A DNA stretch of 64,000 nt from a virus, in the IMG/VR virus record IMGVR_UViG_3300043411_001118, positions 1 to 64,000 of that record. One strand, 5' to 3'. A model generated the notes under the pieces. That model was given only the letters and a program-made list of their open reading frames with translations. It ran no database searches and was not told where the DNA came from. Shown here in pieces: positions 19,682 to 29,828 of this stretch. The position numbers and the translations under genes were made by a program. How positions within the stretch are numbered: the first letter of the stretch is position 1; every line of letters begins with the position of its first letter.

Positions 19682-20620
19682 TTATTGTTTAATAGAAGCG
19701 AGTAGATCCTCTTTTGATGTAAGAGTCTTACTAGCAGCAATTGCATTCTCGAAATTTGTTTCGAGATCAACTTCTGTTTCGGTTCCACCTGTCTGTGCAA
19801 CTCCTGTTGTTCCATTTGTCGCAACAGTTTTTGCAGTAGTACCAGTCAGAGGATTCCCTTCCAGATCTTCCCCAGTCACAGTCTCATAACGCTCTTTCAA
19901 TTCCTCATAGGACTTGAAATTTTCTGGGTTGGTGAACTCATTGAGATCATACATCTGATCACAAACAGCCTTAATTTTTTCATCCTGTTTTGGATCTCCA
20001 GCAAACATTGCTACCGGAGTCGTAAACGAAGAATCTTCATATGTTGTTTGAGCATCCTTATCCGCACCCTTTCTCTTGACACGAATGTTAAAATTCGCGC
20101 CGTCCCATGGGCAGAATGGATCAACCGATGGAACACCTTCATATGGTGGAACAACAGCTTCCTCAAGTTTAGTATGAATTGAATTTCCAAAGGCAAACAA
20201 GAAAACCTTACCATTATTTTTTGGTTCGGCTTTATCGTCAAGAACCAAAATATTTGTGTAATATTTCTTGTTAGCAAAACGAGTCTTGGCTTTTGCTTTC
20301 AAATCCTTATCGTCACTATTCCACATTCTTCCTGTGGCTTCACGAACTGGACATTTTTTTCCGATGGTAGATGGGGAAGTTTCTGCGTACACTCCACCAG
20401 GACCACGAAAAAAGTTGAAATAAATTGTTGGACTAATTGGCGCATCATTTTCTGTCCTTGGTGGAAGAAAGCGAATAAGAGCCGCCGCAACGCCTGTTCC
20501 TGGATCTGGCTTAATTGTCCAGATCCTTTCATCGGCTTGAAAAGCAGTCTTGTTCTTTAGAGCCTTTTTTGTTGCTTCTAGGGATTTCCCCCGTCTGTTT
20601 TTGATATGCTCGAACGACAT
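19682..20620 (-). CDS. gp32: single-stranded DNA-binding protein
   Basis: DERIW, IRFLP, CPV, NILVLDD, NNGKVFLF, PWDGANF, FKSYEEL. Confidence 0.95.
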   Translation of the reverse strand: MSFEHIKNRRGKSLEATKKALKNKTAFQADERIWTIKPDPGTGVAAALIRFLPPRTENDAPISPTIYFNFFRGPGGVYAETSPSTIGKKCPVREATGRMWNSDDKDLKAKAKTRFANKKYYTNILVLDDKAEPKNNGKVFLFAFGNSIHTKLEEAVVPPYEGVPSVDPFCPWDGANFNIRVKRKGADKDAQTTYEDSSFTTPVAMFAGDPKQDEKIKAVCDQMYDLNEFTNPENFKSYEELKERYETVTGEDLEGNPLTGTTAKTVATNGTTGVAQTGGTETEVDLETNFENAIAASKTLTSKEDLLASIKQ

Positions 20621-20650
20621 GTTTTTATTTAAATATTAAAAAATCAAGGA

Positions 20651-21250
20651 TTACATAACTAATGATTGTATAATGTCTCCGTAGATGGAAAGGTCTTTTA
20701 CTTCAAGGAAAGGAAAAAATTTTTGAATTTTTCTCATTTCATTTGGTAACACAATTGGATCAGAAACAGTTTTTTTCCATACATCAAACAGCGGAAAAAT
20801 TCCATTTATAATACCAAGTGTTTCTTCTTTAATTGTCCCTTGGCGAAATAGAGTAAACAACCTCGGATGTTCACCACTTGATTTAATTAAAGAAACAAAC
20901 TTCTCTCCACCTAACAGAGATTTAATTTTGATCATATCCTCTTTGAAGTGATGCGTCAAGGATTCTTTAATCCCGCGCTTAACCAGATATGATTTTAGTA
21001 GATCTTCGTTTTGGATATTCCCAATCCACATTGAAGGGTTTTCTTTGAGGATGACCGCGAATAAAAACGGAATTTGACTTGATGGATATTTGGAATGGAT
21101 TTTTCTAAAGTACAGCTTCTCTTTACCATTTTCGAACTTGGCTGGATCGAGCCTTGTTAGTTTCCCATTATACTTAAAATAATCATACGAGTCAGTTTTA
21201 AAATGGAGTTTGACTGACTCAAAACATTCATAGCATTCAAATAAATTCAT
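20651..21250 (-). CDS. gp59: helicase loader
   Basis: KLHFKTDSYDYFKYNGK; position between gp33 and gp32. Confidence 0.92.
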   Translation of the reverse strand: MNLFECYECFESVKLHFKTDSYDYFKYNGKLTRLDPAKFENGKEKLYFRKIHSKYPSSQIPFLFAVILKENPSMWIGNIQNEDLLKSYLVKRGIKESLTHHFKEDMIKIKSLLGGEKFVSLIKSSGEHPRLFTLFRQGTIKEETLGIINGIFPLFDVWKKTVSDPIVLPNEMRKIQKFFPFLEVKDLSIYGDIIQSLVM

Positions 21251-21252
21251 AA

Positions 21253-21492
21253 TTATTTTTTCTTTTTGTTTTTCTTCCTTGGTTTTCTTCTTAGGAGATG
21301 GTGAAGTTTTGCCTCTTTGGTTAATCGCTTTTTGATACTGTCATTTAGTAAAGCAGGGACTCTTTCAATCTCGATCTGTTTTTCTTTGGCGCATATCATG
21401 ATCGCATCCATGACTGTTAAATCTGGATTCGATAGCAGGGACGAAACCGATGTTGAAAATTTCTCTTTGTTGGAAACGAATTTTTCAGACAT
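21253..21492 (-). CDS. gp33: late transcription co-activator
   Basis: MDAI..C....IEIE....L...IK..L..EA..L pattern; synteny. Confidence 0.85.
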   Translation of the reverse strand: MSEKFVSNKEKFSTSVSSLLSNPDLTVMDAIMICAKEKQIEIERVPALLNDSIKKRLTKEAKLHHLLRRKPRKKNKKKK

Positions 21493-21910
21493 TGGTTCCC
21501 CGCATACTCATCTTCGTAAATTGGTCTCTTATAAAATTTCTTTTCTTTCTCTGGTTTATATTTTTTAAACATGTCGGATGTCCCCCGGGGGGAAGTTTAA
21601 CATAGTTTTCGAGTAATAATTTTGCTCTCATTTTCTTTTTTTTGTGATGAAGAAAATTATAGATTTTATCTAAGAATGGTATTACTTCAGTGTCCTGCAA
21701 TATCCAATTATAATATGATCTCCAATTTGGATTCTTTCCGCTATTATTGATAAACTCTAACGAACCACCAAAATTATCTTTAAAAAAAACTACCAACTCT
21801 TTATCGCAAGATGTAATTTTGACTCTGGGACGCAACCTTTTGGAAAATGTAATGCACCCCTCACCATCGAACATTCCAGCCGCATACGCAATAATTTCTT
21901 GTCTTGTCAT
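21485..21910 (-). CDS. free-standing LAGLIDADG homing endonuclease
   Basis: IAYAAGMFDGEGCI, single motif. Confidence 0.85.
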   Translation of the reverse strand: MTRQEIIAYAAGMFDGEGCITFSKRLRPRVKITSCDKELVVFFKDNFGGSLEFINNSGKNPNWRSYYNWILQDTEVIPFLDKIYNFLHHKKKKMRAKLLLENYVKLPPGGHPTCLKNINQRKKRNFIRDQFTKMSMRGTNV

Positions 21911-21956
21911 GAAATTTTAACACAAAATCTCCAGTCAAAAATTCATGAAATAAACA

Positions 21957-21995
21957 TAAGAAAGCCAACACTATTATATGCTAATAGTGTTGGCT
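21957..21995 (-). terminator. 14-bp hairpin, probable terminator, overlapping a promoter-like sequence
   Basis: AGCCAACACTATTA-gcata-TAATAGTGTTGGCT then TTCTT. Confidence 0.6.
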
Positions 21996-22018
21996 GTAAA
22001 GGATCTAACAGTGTGGAT

Positions 22019-22909
22019 TTAGGAGTGCGATCCGATCTGATACCACTGTTCTTTGTTCAAATTCCACTTCGATGCAATCGCTTCAATTGCATCACCCTTC
22101 TCACCAACCTCTGGTCTAACAAACGACAGATATTCCTTGTTTGTTGAAGGACAGAAGTATTGAAGAACGTAATTCGTCTTCGATGTCATTCCAGTAATTT
22201 CGTAAAGAGTGTATCCCTCTTTCTTATCCATTACTTTGTTTGGGAAGTTATCAAGAATAGCCTTGGTTCCGAGCATCTTGAGAGCAACCATTCGTTGTTC
22301 AATATTCTCTAATGCCAAGACACGTTTCGGATCAACGTTGCCTGATGTTAGGTACTCGAACAATTCTTTATCAAACAAAACATTCCATAAAGCGTAGACA
22401 GAGTATCCGTCTGCGAACTCCATAGCTGGACCAGTCAAATTATGCAATTTGAAATCTGGACCATCTGTTTTGATGTAGAGAGGCATTCTTGAAACAGCGC
22501 AAAATCCATCCAATTGAATGGATGAATAGATCCCACGCTTAACCATTGCCTTCCATCGTTCCCAATGTGGACAATCGTACTTGACTCCGATCTCTTCGAA
22601 GAATTCATAATAAGCAGTCCAAGCACAATCCCAACCGGACATTCTCCATCCAGAATACAGATAAACTGGTTCTGTATTTTTGAGGAATTTGTTTCCAGCT
22701 TCTTGTGCTGCCTTTGGCGAATCGACGATTACAACCTCTGGCTTAGTAAGTTCTGCTAATTCATAAACCCACTGAACATCAGCAATCACCGCCGCCTCTT
22801 CGTCTTTGGTGATTTGTTTGCACGAGTTATAGAATTTAATCCATCGATCTCGAACCTCAACCATCTTGGCTTCATGTTCGGGAGTCACGCATAATTTTTC
22901 TGTAGTCAT
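22019..22909 (-). CDS. DUF6745-like protein
   Basis: VDSP..A, W.AYY.FF, LHN..GPA..F.DG, EN.EQR motifs. Confidence 0.7.
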   Translation of the reverse strand: MTTEKLCVTPEHEAKMVEVRDRWIKFYNSCKQITKDEEAAVIADVQWVYELAELTKPEVVIVDSPKAAQEAGNKFLKNTEPVYLYSGWRMSGWDCAWTAYYEFFEEIGVKYDCPHWERWKAMVKRGIYSSIQLDGFCAVSRMPLYIKTDGPDFKLHNLTGPAMEFADGYSVYALWNVLFDKELFEYLTSGNVDPKRVLALENIEQRMVALKMLGTKAILDNFPNKVMDKKEGYTLYEITGMTSKTNYVLQYFCPSTNKEYLSFVRPEVGEKGDAIEAIASKWNLNKEQWYQIGSHS

Positions 22910-22938
22910 TTTTATTCCATTAATTGATGTTAATTTTC

Positions 22939-23265
22939 TTAGTCTCGAACGACTCGCATTTCTTCTTCGAACGGATCAAATTCAGTTTCGTTCAGAATCT
23001 TGTAGCAAGTGTCAGGAAGAATCCGATGTTCCTTATGTTCCTGGTGCTTCAAGATCATTTCTGATCCGTAGGCCAAGTATTTTCCTTTGCTCGAATCCCA
23101 CAACTTCGCTGGAGCTTCGCCATACGCCGTGTGATGATGTCCAGTTTGCTCACCATGAGCAAGTGTGTACTGTTCAATAACTTGGGGAGTTTCTGTTGGT
23201 GCTGTTTCACCCAGAAGTTCTACCGGCATTAAAAGAACGTCACCTTGTCTTATTCCTTTTTTCAT
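22939..23265 (-). CDS. conserved phage protein (RQGD/GE.TGH/H.EH family), usual neighbour of DUF6745-like genes
   Basis: RQGDVLL, LAHGEQTGHHH, LKHQEH. Confidence 0.75.
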   Translation of the reverse strand: MKKGIRQGDVLLMPVELLGETAPTETPQVIEQYTLAHGEQTGHHHTAYGEAPAKLWDSSKGKYLAYGSEMILKHQEHKEHRILPDTCYKILNETEFDPFEEEMRVVRD

Positions 23266-23288
23266 TTACATTTTCCTTCTTTATTGTT

Positions 23289-23693
23289 TTAAAACAAATT
23301 AATTCTAAAAGTTCCCTGTTCACCAAAAAGAGTTTTGTGTTCCATGTCATCCCAAACTAAGTGTTTCATTTCATGACTCACATAACTTGGTTCGGCCCAC
23401 GCAACCTTTCCATTTGATACTCCACCAATTCCAAATGGCCAAATTAAATTTGTCCACATTGGTTTTTTCGGTAGGCATATCAAAGTCTTTTCGGCACTGG
23501 AATTTACCTTTAATCGATACCCGTGAGAGTACCAGTAATTCACCGCTTCCGTAAAGGATGAATCGCAATCTGGACCAGCGGAAATGAAATTAATTTCCCC
23601 CGTTGCAACCACCTCATTCCATTTTGTTCCCATTTTTGGAGAACATCCAGCGAATATTCCAACCAGCAAAATTGACAATAATTTCGATTTCAT
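23289..23693 (-). CDS. lipoprotein with zincin-like HExxH
   Basis: MKSKLLSILLVGIFAGC lipobox; SHEMKH. Confidence 0.6.
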   Translation of the reverse strand: MKSKLLSILLVGIFAGCSPKMGTKWNEVVATGEINFISAGPDCDSSFTEAVNYWYSHGYRLKVNSSAEKTLICLPKKPMWTNLIWPFGIGGVSNGKVAWAEPSYVSHEMKHLVWDDMEHKTLFGEQGTFRINLF

Positions 23694-23908
23694 ATGATTG
23701 TCCATGCCACAAATCCGAATGTAATTACCAACAAAAATAACATAATATTCCTTACAAAATAGCCCAATTTGCGATAGCAAATAGAACATAAAAAATTAAG
23801 AGAGTGTACAAAATATACTTAAACATCTTTTTAAGACCGACCAAATATCCAATTACGAGTATGGCCGCAACAATGTTAAAAAGATGAATGTATATAAAGT
23901 TGTCCACC

Positions 23909-24457
23909 CTAGAATCCTATTACCGATGTGAACCAATACCACGATTTACTGGTCATTGGATGACCAACATATCGCTTTGCTTGGTACGCCGCTTTCTTAC
24001 AGACAGCATCTAAGCCACAAGTATGAAACACGCGCCGAATAGCGATATGTCTTTCTTCCTTGAACTCGTCATCCATTCTTCCGCTAAGAAGTTTTTCGAC
24101 CATTTTAAGATCTGGTTCATAACCGAAGACTCCAACCAATGCTACTGGAATATTGCCTAGAGAACCACCCGCAATCGATTGCTCATAAAAATAACTGGAA
24201 TCCGACCAGAAGGTTTTTTCTCCAACAAAATAGACTAGCCACTTCGTAGAATTTTTGGCGCGAATAGCTTCTCTGCGATAACACGCAAGCGTTTCACAAG
24301 TTGAATTATTCACTACACAGACAGGCATTGGATATGACAAATCAACGCTATCGCACCTATTTGACGCAGACGCGCTAACCGCAGTAACCAAAATAGAAAG
24401 AATCAATTTTTTAATCATAATATATCCACCTTTATTAAGTTTTAACAATAGTATCAA
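23909..24457 (-). CDS. secreted hypothetical protein
   Basis: signal-peptide-like MIKKLILSILVTAVSASA, several Cys. Confidence 0.6.
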   Translation of the reverse strand: MILLLKLNKGGYIMIKKLILSILVTAVSASASNRCDSVDLSYPMPVCVVNNSTCETLACYRREAIRAKNSTKWLVYFVGEKTFWSDSSYFYEQSIAGGSLGNIPVALVGVFGYEPDLKMVEKLLSGRMDDEFKEERHIAIRRVFHTCGLDAVCKKAAYQAKRYVGHPMTSKSWYWFTSVIGF

Positions 24458-24479
24458 AAGGTTTCAAACAACGCAACAA

Positions 24480-26303
24480 CTATTTTATTTTAATTTTCAA
24501 ATCGTCTAAAAAATTGTCTAATGATTCCGGATGGTTATTAAATATGAAGTCAAAGGTTCTATCTTTCTCTTTGGTTATTTTAGCGGCCTTAATAAACAAA
24601 TCGTCCTGGAGCTTAGATAATCGATTACTCTCATCTTGAAGTTTTTTCAATTGAGCCGCTATTTTCTTTGATATTTTCATGTTACGCCTAAACAAATTAC
24701 AGTGATCAAAATGCCAATCAGGATTCCAAGATATATAGGAGTCATTTGAGATTTTGATAAATCGTTAACTGATTGCGCCAAATAATTCAACACCTCTTTG
24801 TCTGTCATTTCTCCGCGCACTGACATTTTAAAATTTCTCAATTGTGAATCGTAATGATCAATAATGTTTACATGTCTCATGATTTTTAATTGCGCCTCAT
24901 AAGTTTTTTGTAAATTATGATAAGCTTGCTTTGCTCGACTTCGATATTGATACAAAGAAATGAGCCTTCGACAATATTCCTCTGGATTGTTTTTAATTCT
25001 CTCAGTCAGTTTTTTCTGACTTTCAACATCTACATCATCCGACTCAACTAAATTTGCTTCAATCACCACGTCATTCATATCATTCCTTGAATATCGAAAT
25101 TGTATTTTCTAGATCACTAGCAATCAAAAGTGGACTAATACTATCTCCCACCGTCAATGGAATAACTCCATCCCCAACTGTCAATGGAGTAACCCCAGAC
25201 TCACAAATTATAATTGGAGTTAGATCGGGATACTCGACAGGTTTAAATATTGTTGGATTGAGATAAACCGGATAAGGAAGATATGTAATTTTATCATCGG
25301 ACCCAAACATCTCAGTCAGAATTGAATGTAGTTTTCTCAAATCCTCGAACGTGATTTTAATTTCCGTGTCGTTTATTTTTAGTGTTAAATCTTTTATTTC
25401 GATCACTTAATTTACCTCTAGTTCAGAACCTAAAACAATGTGTATCTTTGGATCAATCGTCAATTCGCAGTATAAACAATTGCAATATTCAACATATAAT
25501 GATGTTATCCAATGTCTTCCACATGCTGGACACTTCACTTCACACGATTCAAAATCGACCATGATCATTTGGTCCATTTTAACACTAGGATTCATTAGTG
25601 TATAGCAACCTCTGGCATCACTAATGCAGCAACCACACCATCTTCTTGTAGGTCAAATTTGATATCAATGTCCTGGTTGTTTGACGGGTTATAATAACAA
25701 GATTTACACATCTCAATAAACGTAAGGTACAGACCATAATTTATATCTTGGAGTCCTTGAACGGAGACAGTTTTCTCATCCTCAAATCCCATTTCTACGG
25801 GATCTTCTTTTTCATTAATTCTTAGAATTATGTTAGTCATTGGGTTTGTATGATCTTGGATTTTTTGTTTTCTTCGAGCATATGCTTCATAGCAACCAAC
25901 AGATCTAAATCGACCTCAGCTAAACTAACAATCAAATCCCCATGCTCTTTCGTTGTCGTAGAAATCATTTTAATAAATTTTCTGTTAATTACATAAAAAT
26001 GAAGGTTGGCAATCGACGTAACGATCACACAAACTAGGGTAAACATATCAATAATTTCTGATGGACTCATGATTTACTACTCCTAACATCAACCGTTAAT
26101 GAATGAACAATTTCCTCAACATCTGCTGTCACGTTAGCATCTAACCAAGTCTTACAACCAGGGCAGCTTGTATAAAAATTTTCAACTCTCCACGGATCGA
26201 GTGTAGACATCACACATGGTCCGTCCTTTGATTGCCACTCTCTAACAATGGCACCACATTCAGGACAAGCACAAGAGTATTTTATATAGTCGAACATTCC
26301 CAT
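24480..26303 (-). other. run of small hypothetical ORFs (24480, 24677, 25080, 25407, 25595, 25837, 26067), two with zinc-ribbon CxxC pairs
   Basis: coupled minus-strand ORFs; MGMFDY..CPECG..QSKDG in 26067..26303. Confidence 0.65.
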
Positions 26304-26304
26304 C

Positions 26305-26898
26305 TCATTTATCCAATTCGTAGTCTAAGCAGACAAACTCTTTAAACAAATCTTCCTTGGTAGAATTGTTATTAATTTCTCCAGCCCACCCATCAAATGT
26401 ATCTAGCTCAATTTCTGATGGATGGACATCCTCCGACCGTTCGATATCCCTACTTATTTTAATTGGACGGATTAACCAATTTTTCGAATTCTTATTCTCT
26501 AAACCAACAGTATATTCATTGAGAAATCTGAAGTCAGAAACAACATACTTATGTCTCGACATATCAGCATATAGATAATAATCTGCAATTTCGTTATACA
26601 ATTTCCTAGCCCAAATATTCGGATCTAATTTCCTACCGAATTCAGTTCCGACATATTGCATGATAATTCTCGGAGTCAGATAACCAACCCCAGACAAATA
26701 ATTCGGATATCTTTTGTCTTCGACCTCTTTTAAATCCCCATATAATTGGGCATCGGATAGCTTAAACAAATCCCGCGCCAAGTCTTTGACTGGCTGAGCA
26801 AAAGACAATTTTGTATATCCTAACTTCTCTACCATCATATCGGCGAGAGTATCCTTTCCGGAAAATTTTTTATGGCCTAGTAAGTAAATTTTAATCAT
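26305..26898 (-). CDS. deoxynucleoside monophosphate kinase (gp1-like)
   Basis: G..FSGKDT, SFA.PVK, TPR..MQ.VGTE.GR, SDFRF.NE, HPSE. Confidence 0.92.
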   Translation of the reverse strand: MIKIYLLGHKKFSGKDTLADMMVEKLGYTKLSFAQPVKDLARDLFKLSDAQLYGDLKEVEDKRYPNYLSGVGYLTPRIIMQYVGTEFGRKLDPNIWARKLYNEIADYYLYADMSRHKYVVSDFRFLNEYTVGLENKNSKNWLIRPIKISRDIERSEDVHPSEIELDTFDGWAGEINNNSTKEDLFKEFVCLDYELDK

Positions 26899-27079
26899 CT
26901 AATTCTTCTTTAGTTTCTAAAGTTTTTAATGGACATTCTTTTGGAATTTTAGGATAATCAATTAACTCAATTTTCAATTTGTCACAATAATTTTTCCCCC
27001 ACATAAATGGGATATCTTGTGGATCTGCCATTTGGTATGGGCATTCACTACATTCGGATATAACTAATAATTTTTTCAT
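26891..27079 (-). CDS. small Cys-rich hypothetical protein
   Basis: CSECPY...IPKECPL. Confidence 0.65.
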   Translation of the reverse strand: MKKLLVISECSECPYQMADPQDIPFMWGKNYCDKLKIELIDYPKIPKECPLKTLETKEELDD

Positions 27080-27080
27080 A

Positions 27081-27356
27081 AACTTCTCTGAGGATCGTTA
27101 GTCACTACGTTCGGACTTTCAAGAAAGTTACGCTTTCCATCTCGAACAGTGCGAGAAATAACGTGATGGTGTTTTGGAGAACTATCGCCACACCAAAGGT
27201 TATCTCTGACAAAATCACTTCCCACTTCGGCTCAGTCTTTGTTCGATAATTTCACGGAACAAACAAGTTGTTCATCCGAGAAATTTCGGATGAACAATTA
27301 AGCCCACCGAACAGTTCAGTTTCGGCTGAGTGGTTGTTTCGGAAAGTAGCTGCAAC
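27081..27356. ncRNA. candidate structured non-coding RNA or DNA element
   Basis: no ORF of 60 aa or more over about 275 bp; several stems incl. perfect 12-bp 27268-27279/27286-27297. Confidence 0.4.
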
Positions 27357-28034
27357 CTAACGATCCTCAGAAAAGTGTCTTTCCTTTTCTATCAGATATT
27401 CTTTAACTATATCCGATCTTACAATATCGTCAAGTGTGAATTTTACTGTGCTGAAACTGCTTAGTTTTGAAATGATATTCATGAATGCATTGAATCCGTT
27501 TCTGTCTTTGTAATGTAGATCGCTTTGATCATAATCTCCAGAAAAGAAGATTCTACTGTTCTTTCCAATTCTGGTAATGATCGAATCAAGTTCGTGGAAT
27601 GTTAGGTTCGAAGATTCATCAACGACCACCAAGCAATTTTCTAATGTAATCCCTCGAACAAATGAAGTAGAAATAACTTCCACAACACCACTAGACTCTA
27701 GAATTTTTAAAGCTGAATCTTTGGAAAATATTTCTGCAAGAATTGCTTTATATGGGAGTGAGTAGATCTCAAGCTTCTCTGCTAATGTGCCTGGAAGGTG
27801 TCCGATTTCTCTTGATGGAACCGCGCTCCGGACAATCACTAACTTCTTATAACCCAATTCCTTTTGTTCGAGTATGCACTTAATACAGAGATATAAGAGG
27901 ATAAAGGTTTTTCCTGTTCCCGCCGAACCGTGTAGAAATAAATTTTTGTGTTCTCGAAAAAATCTGAACACCTCTTTCTGATTGAGTGTTAACGCTCGAA
28001 AAGTCCCTGGTTTAAGAGAACCTAATTTATTCAT
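27357..28034 (-). CDS. phoH: PhoH-family ATPase
   Basis: GSAGTGKT, RSAV..REIGHLPG, RGITL, VVDESSN, GDYDQSD, DIVRS. Confidence 0.95.
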   Translation of the reverse strand: MNKLGSLKPGTFRALTLNQKEVFRFFREHKNLFLHGSAGTGKTFILLYLCIKCILEQKELGYKKLVIVRSAVPSREIGHLPGTLAEKLEIYSLPYKAILAEIFSKDSALKILESSGVVEVISTSFVRGITLENCLVVVDESSNLTFHELDSIITRIGKNSRIFFSGDYDQSDLHYKDRNGFNAFMNIISKLSSFSTVKFTLDDIVRSDIVKEYLIEKERHFSEDR

Positions 28035-29457
28035 CAACCTTTGGACAGTTATTTTCTGTTCGACAATTTTCTCGACAAACGCGCTTTGCAAAACGATCTT
28101 TGGTTTTCTTATCGGCGTTTGGAAATCTCTTGGAACACCGAACAAAACACTTATCTAGTTTCTTCTCTTTACAGGTAATGGGGTTTGCAGATAAAAACAT
28201 GTTATACGCATTGAGTGTTCCCCCAGTTTCGACCTTAGTATTGAGACCAGCGAGTGTAGTAACTCTCTCCAACATCCTATCCAGAATAACGTTTGGTGGT
28301 AGTTTGTTGGCACCATAGTATAGGGCCAACGCACCAGTAACGTGTGGTGTTGCCATAGAAGTTCCGGATATCGTGTTGTATGTGTTTCCTGGCCAAGTCG
28401 ATAGGATGTCTCTCCCCGGTGCAGCCAAATTAACCGATGAACCATAGTTTGAAAATGAAGATAGTTTTCCGGATGGATCAATCGACGCAACTGATATTAC
28501 ATTCCATGAATCGTAATTGGATGGATAAGATGGATCTGTATCGTTGTTTTTTCCATCATTACCAGCCGCAACGACAAACAGGATATCGTTCTGTGCAGCC
28601 TCTTTAATGACCTCAAACATAGGTCCAAAATAATCGCCGCCCCCATAAGAATTGTTAATAACAACGAACGGAATGTTATAAATTTTCTTCATTTTTATAA
28701 CATACTTCACCGCCAAAACAGCGTTATAAATTGCTCCACCGCCGTTGGCTCCTAGAAATTTGAGTGAAAGAATTTTACAATTCCAGTTAACTCCGATAAC
28801 TCCAACCCCATTATTTCCAACCGCCCCAATCGTCCCTGCGACATGCGTTCCGTGTCCATTATCATCCATTGGATTGTTATTATAGCTCCAATAATTCCAT
28901 CCCCGCACATCGTCCTTAAATCCATTTCCATCATCATCAATAAAGTTTCCTGCAATCTCATTTGGTGGAGTCCACACATTCGAAGCAAGATCTGGATGGT
29001 TGTAGTCAATGCCCGTATCGATAACAGCTACTAAACCATTTCCGCAACCATGTGAATAATTCCACGCTGCATTTGCGCCAATTCCTTTATCAGCAACCAT
29101 TCCCCACAAATTGGAAAGACTTGGATCATTTGGTCCTGCTGACACCTGGACATAGTAATTTGGCCAACAATCAAATTGTGATTGATCGACATCCTTACAT
29201 CTACTTTTTTCTGGATCATATGTAACAACCTCTGGTTCATCGTTCACCGAAATGTGCATCCCCAGTGGCTTTGCTTTGACTAATATCATTCCTTCATTTT
29301 GAGATTTGACTTTGAATGTTCCTGGAAGTTTTTTTGATGACATAGCTCCAACACCTTTCTTTGGTGTCAAAACGTACTCATTGTTGTACACTTTAACTTC
29401 AGCCAGAACTAATTGAGGAATTAAAATTGTTAGAAAAAATATGGTTATGAATTTCAT
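28027..29457 (-). CDS. secreted S8 subtilisin-like serine protease
   Basis: VIDTGID, HGTHVAG, AAGN, GTSMATPHV catalytic motifs; signal peptide; Cys/Lys-rich tail. Confidence 0.95.
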   Translation of the reverse strand: MKFITIFFLTILIPQLVLAEVKVYNNEYVLTPKKGVGAMSSKKLPGTFKVKSQNEGMILVKAKPLGMHISVNDEPEVVTYDPEKSRCKDVDQSQFDCWPNYYVQVSAGPNDPSLSNLWGMVADKGIGANAAWNYSHGCGNGLVAVIDTGIDYNHPDLASNVWTPPNEIAGNFIDDDGNGFKDDVRGWNYWSYNNNPMDDNGHGTHVAGTIGAVGNNGVGVIGVNWNCKILSLKFLGANGGGAIYNAVLAVKYVIKMKKIYNIPFVVINNSYGGGDYFGPMFEVIKEAAQNDILFVVAAGNDGKNNDTDPSYPSNYDSWNVISVASIDPSGKLSSFSNYGSSVNLAAPGRDILSTWPGNTYNTISGTSMATPHVTGALALYYGANKLPPNVILDRMLERVTTLAGLNTKVETGGTLNAYNMFLSANPITCKEKKLDKCFVRCSKRFPNADKKTKDRFAKRVCRENCRTENNCPKVDE

Positions 29458-29828
29458 TCTTTGCTCCACGCAATGATTAAACAAGATTCTTCAAGAACAG
29501 TACCATTATTAAGAGTAACTGAAAAGTCTACTTGATATCTCATATCAGAAACGAAGTTGGATACCACAACCGAACAAACAGAATTTGTGACCAACTTTGT
29601 GTACTGATCGAGAATCTCTGGTGTTGGAGTAGCCTCCCCAAATTCATTCGCGGAGACGGTAAATGAAAGGATTGTGTTGTTCCCAATTCTTTCCTCAAAA
29701 TCCATTTCAAGTGTATCGGTTTCTCCCTCAACAACATCGATCTGTAGATATTCGGGAATTTGAATTGCTCCACCAGACAACCTTCTAAAAGATATATTCC
29801 CTGGTATTGATTCGCGGTAGATTGTCAT
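29454..29828 (-). CDS. putative fibre/tail adaptor protein
   Basis: small beta-rich protein resembling the next ORF. Confidence 0.45.
   Translation of the reverse strand: MTIYRESIPGNISFRRLSGGAIQIPEYLQIDVVEGETDTLEMDFEERIGNNTILSFTVSANEFGEATPTPEILDQYTKLVTNSVCSVVVSNFVSDMRYQVDFSVTLNNGTVLEESCLIIAWSKE

Noticed and set aside
21485-21910. Group I intron or intein hosting the LAGLIDADG ORF
   Set aside because: Flanking genes look complete and there is too little non-coding room for an intron core.
27081-27356. OMEGA/HEARO RNA or retron ncRNA assignment
   Set aside because: Only vague resemblance, and no IscB, TnpB or RT gene adjacent; kept as an unassigned structured element.
28035-28145. N-terminal extension of PhoH in the ORF track
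   Set aside because: It overlaps the S8 protease C-terminus; ATG 28034 gives a normal-sized PhoH.
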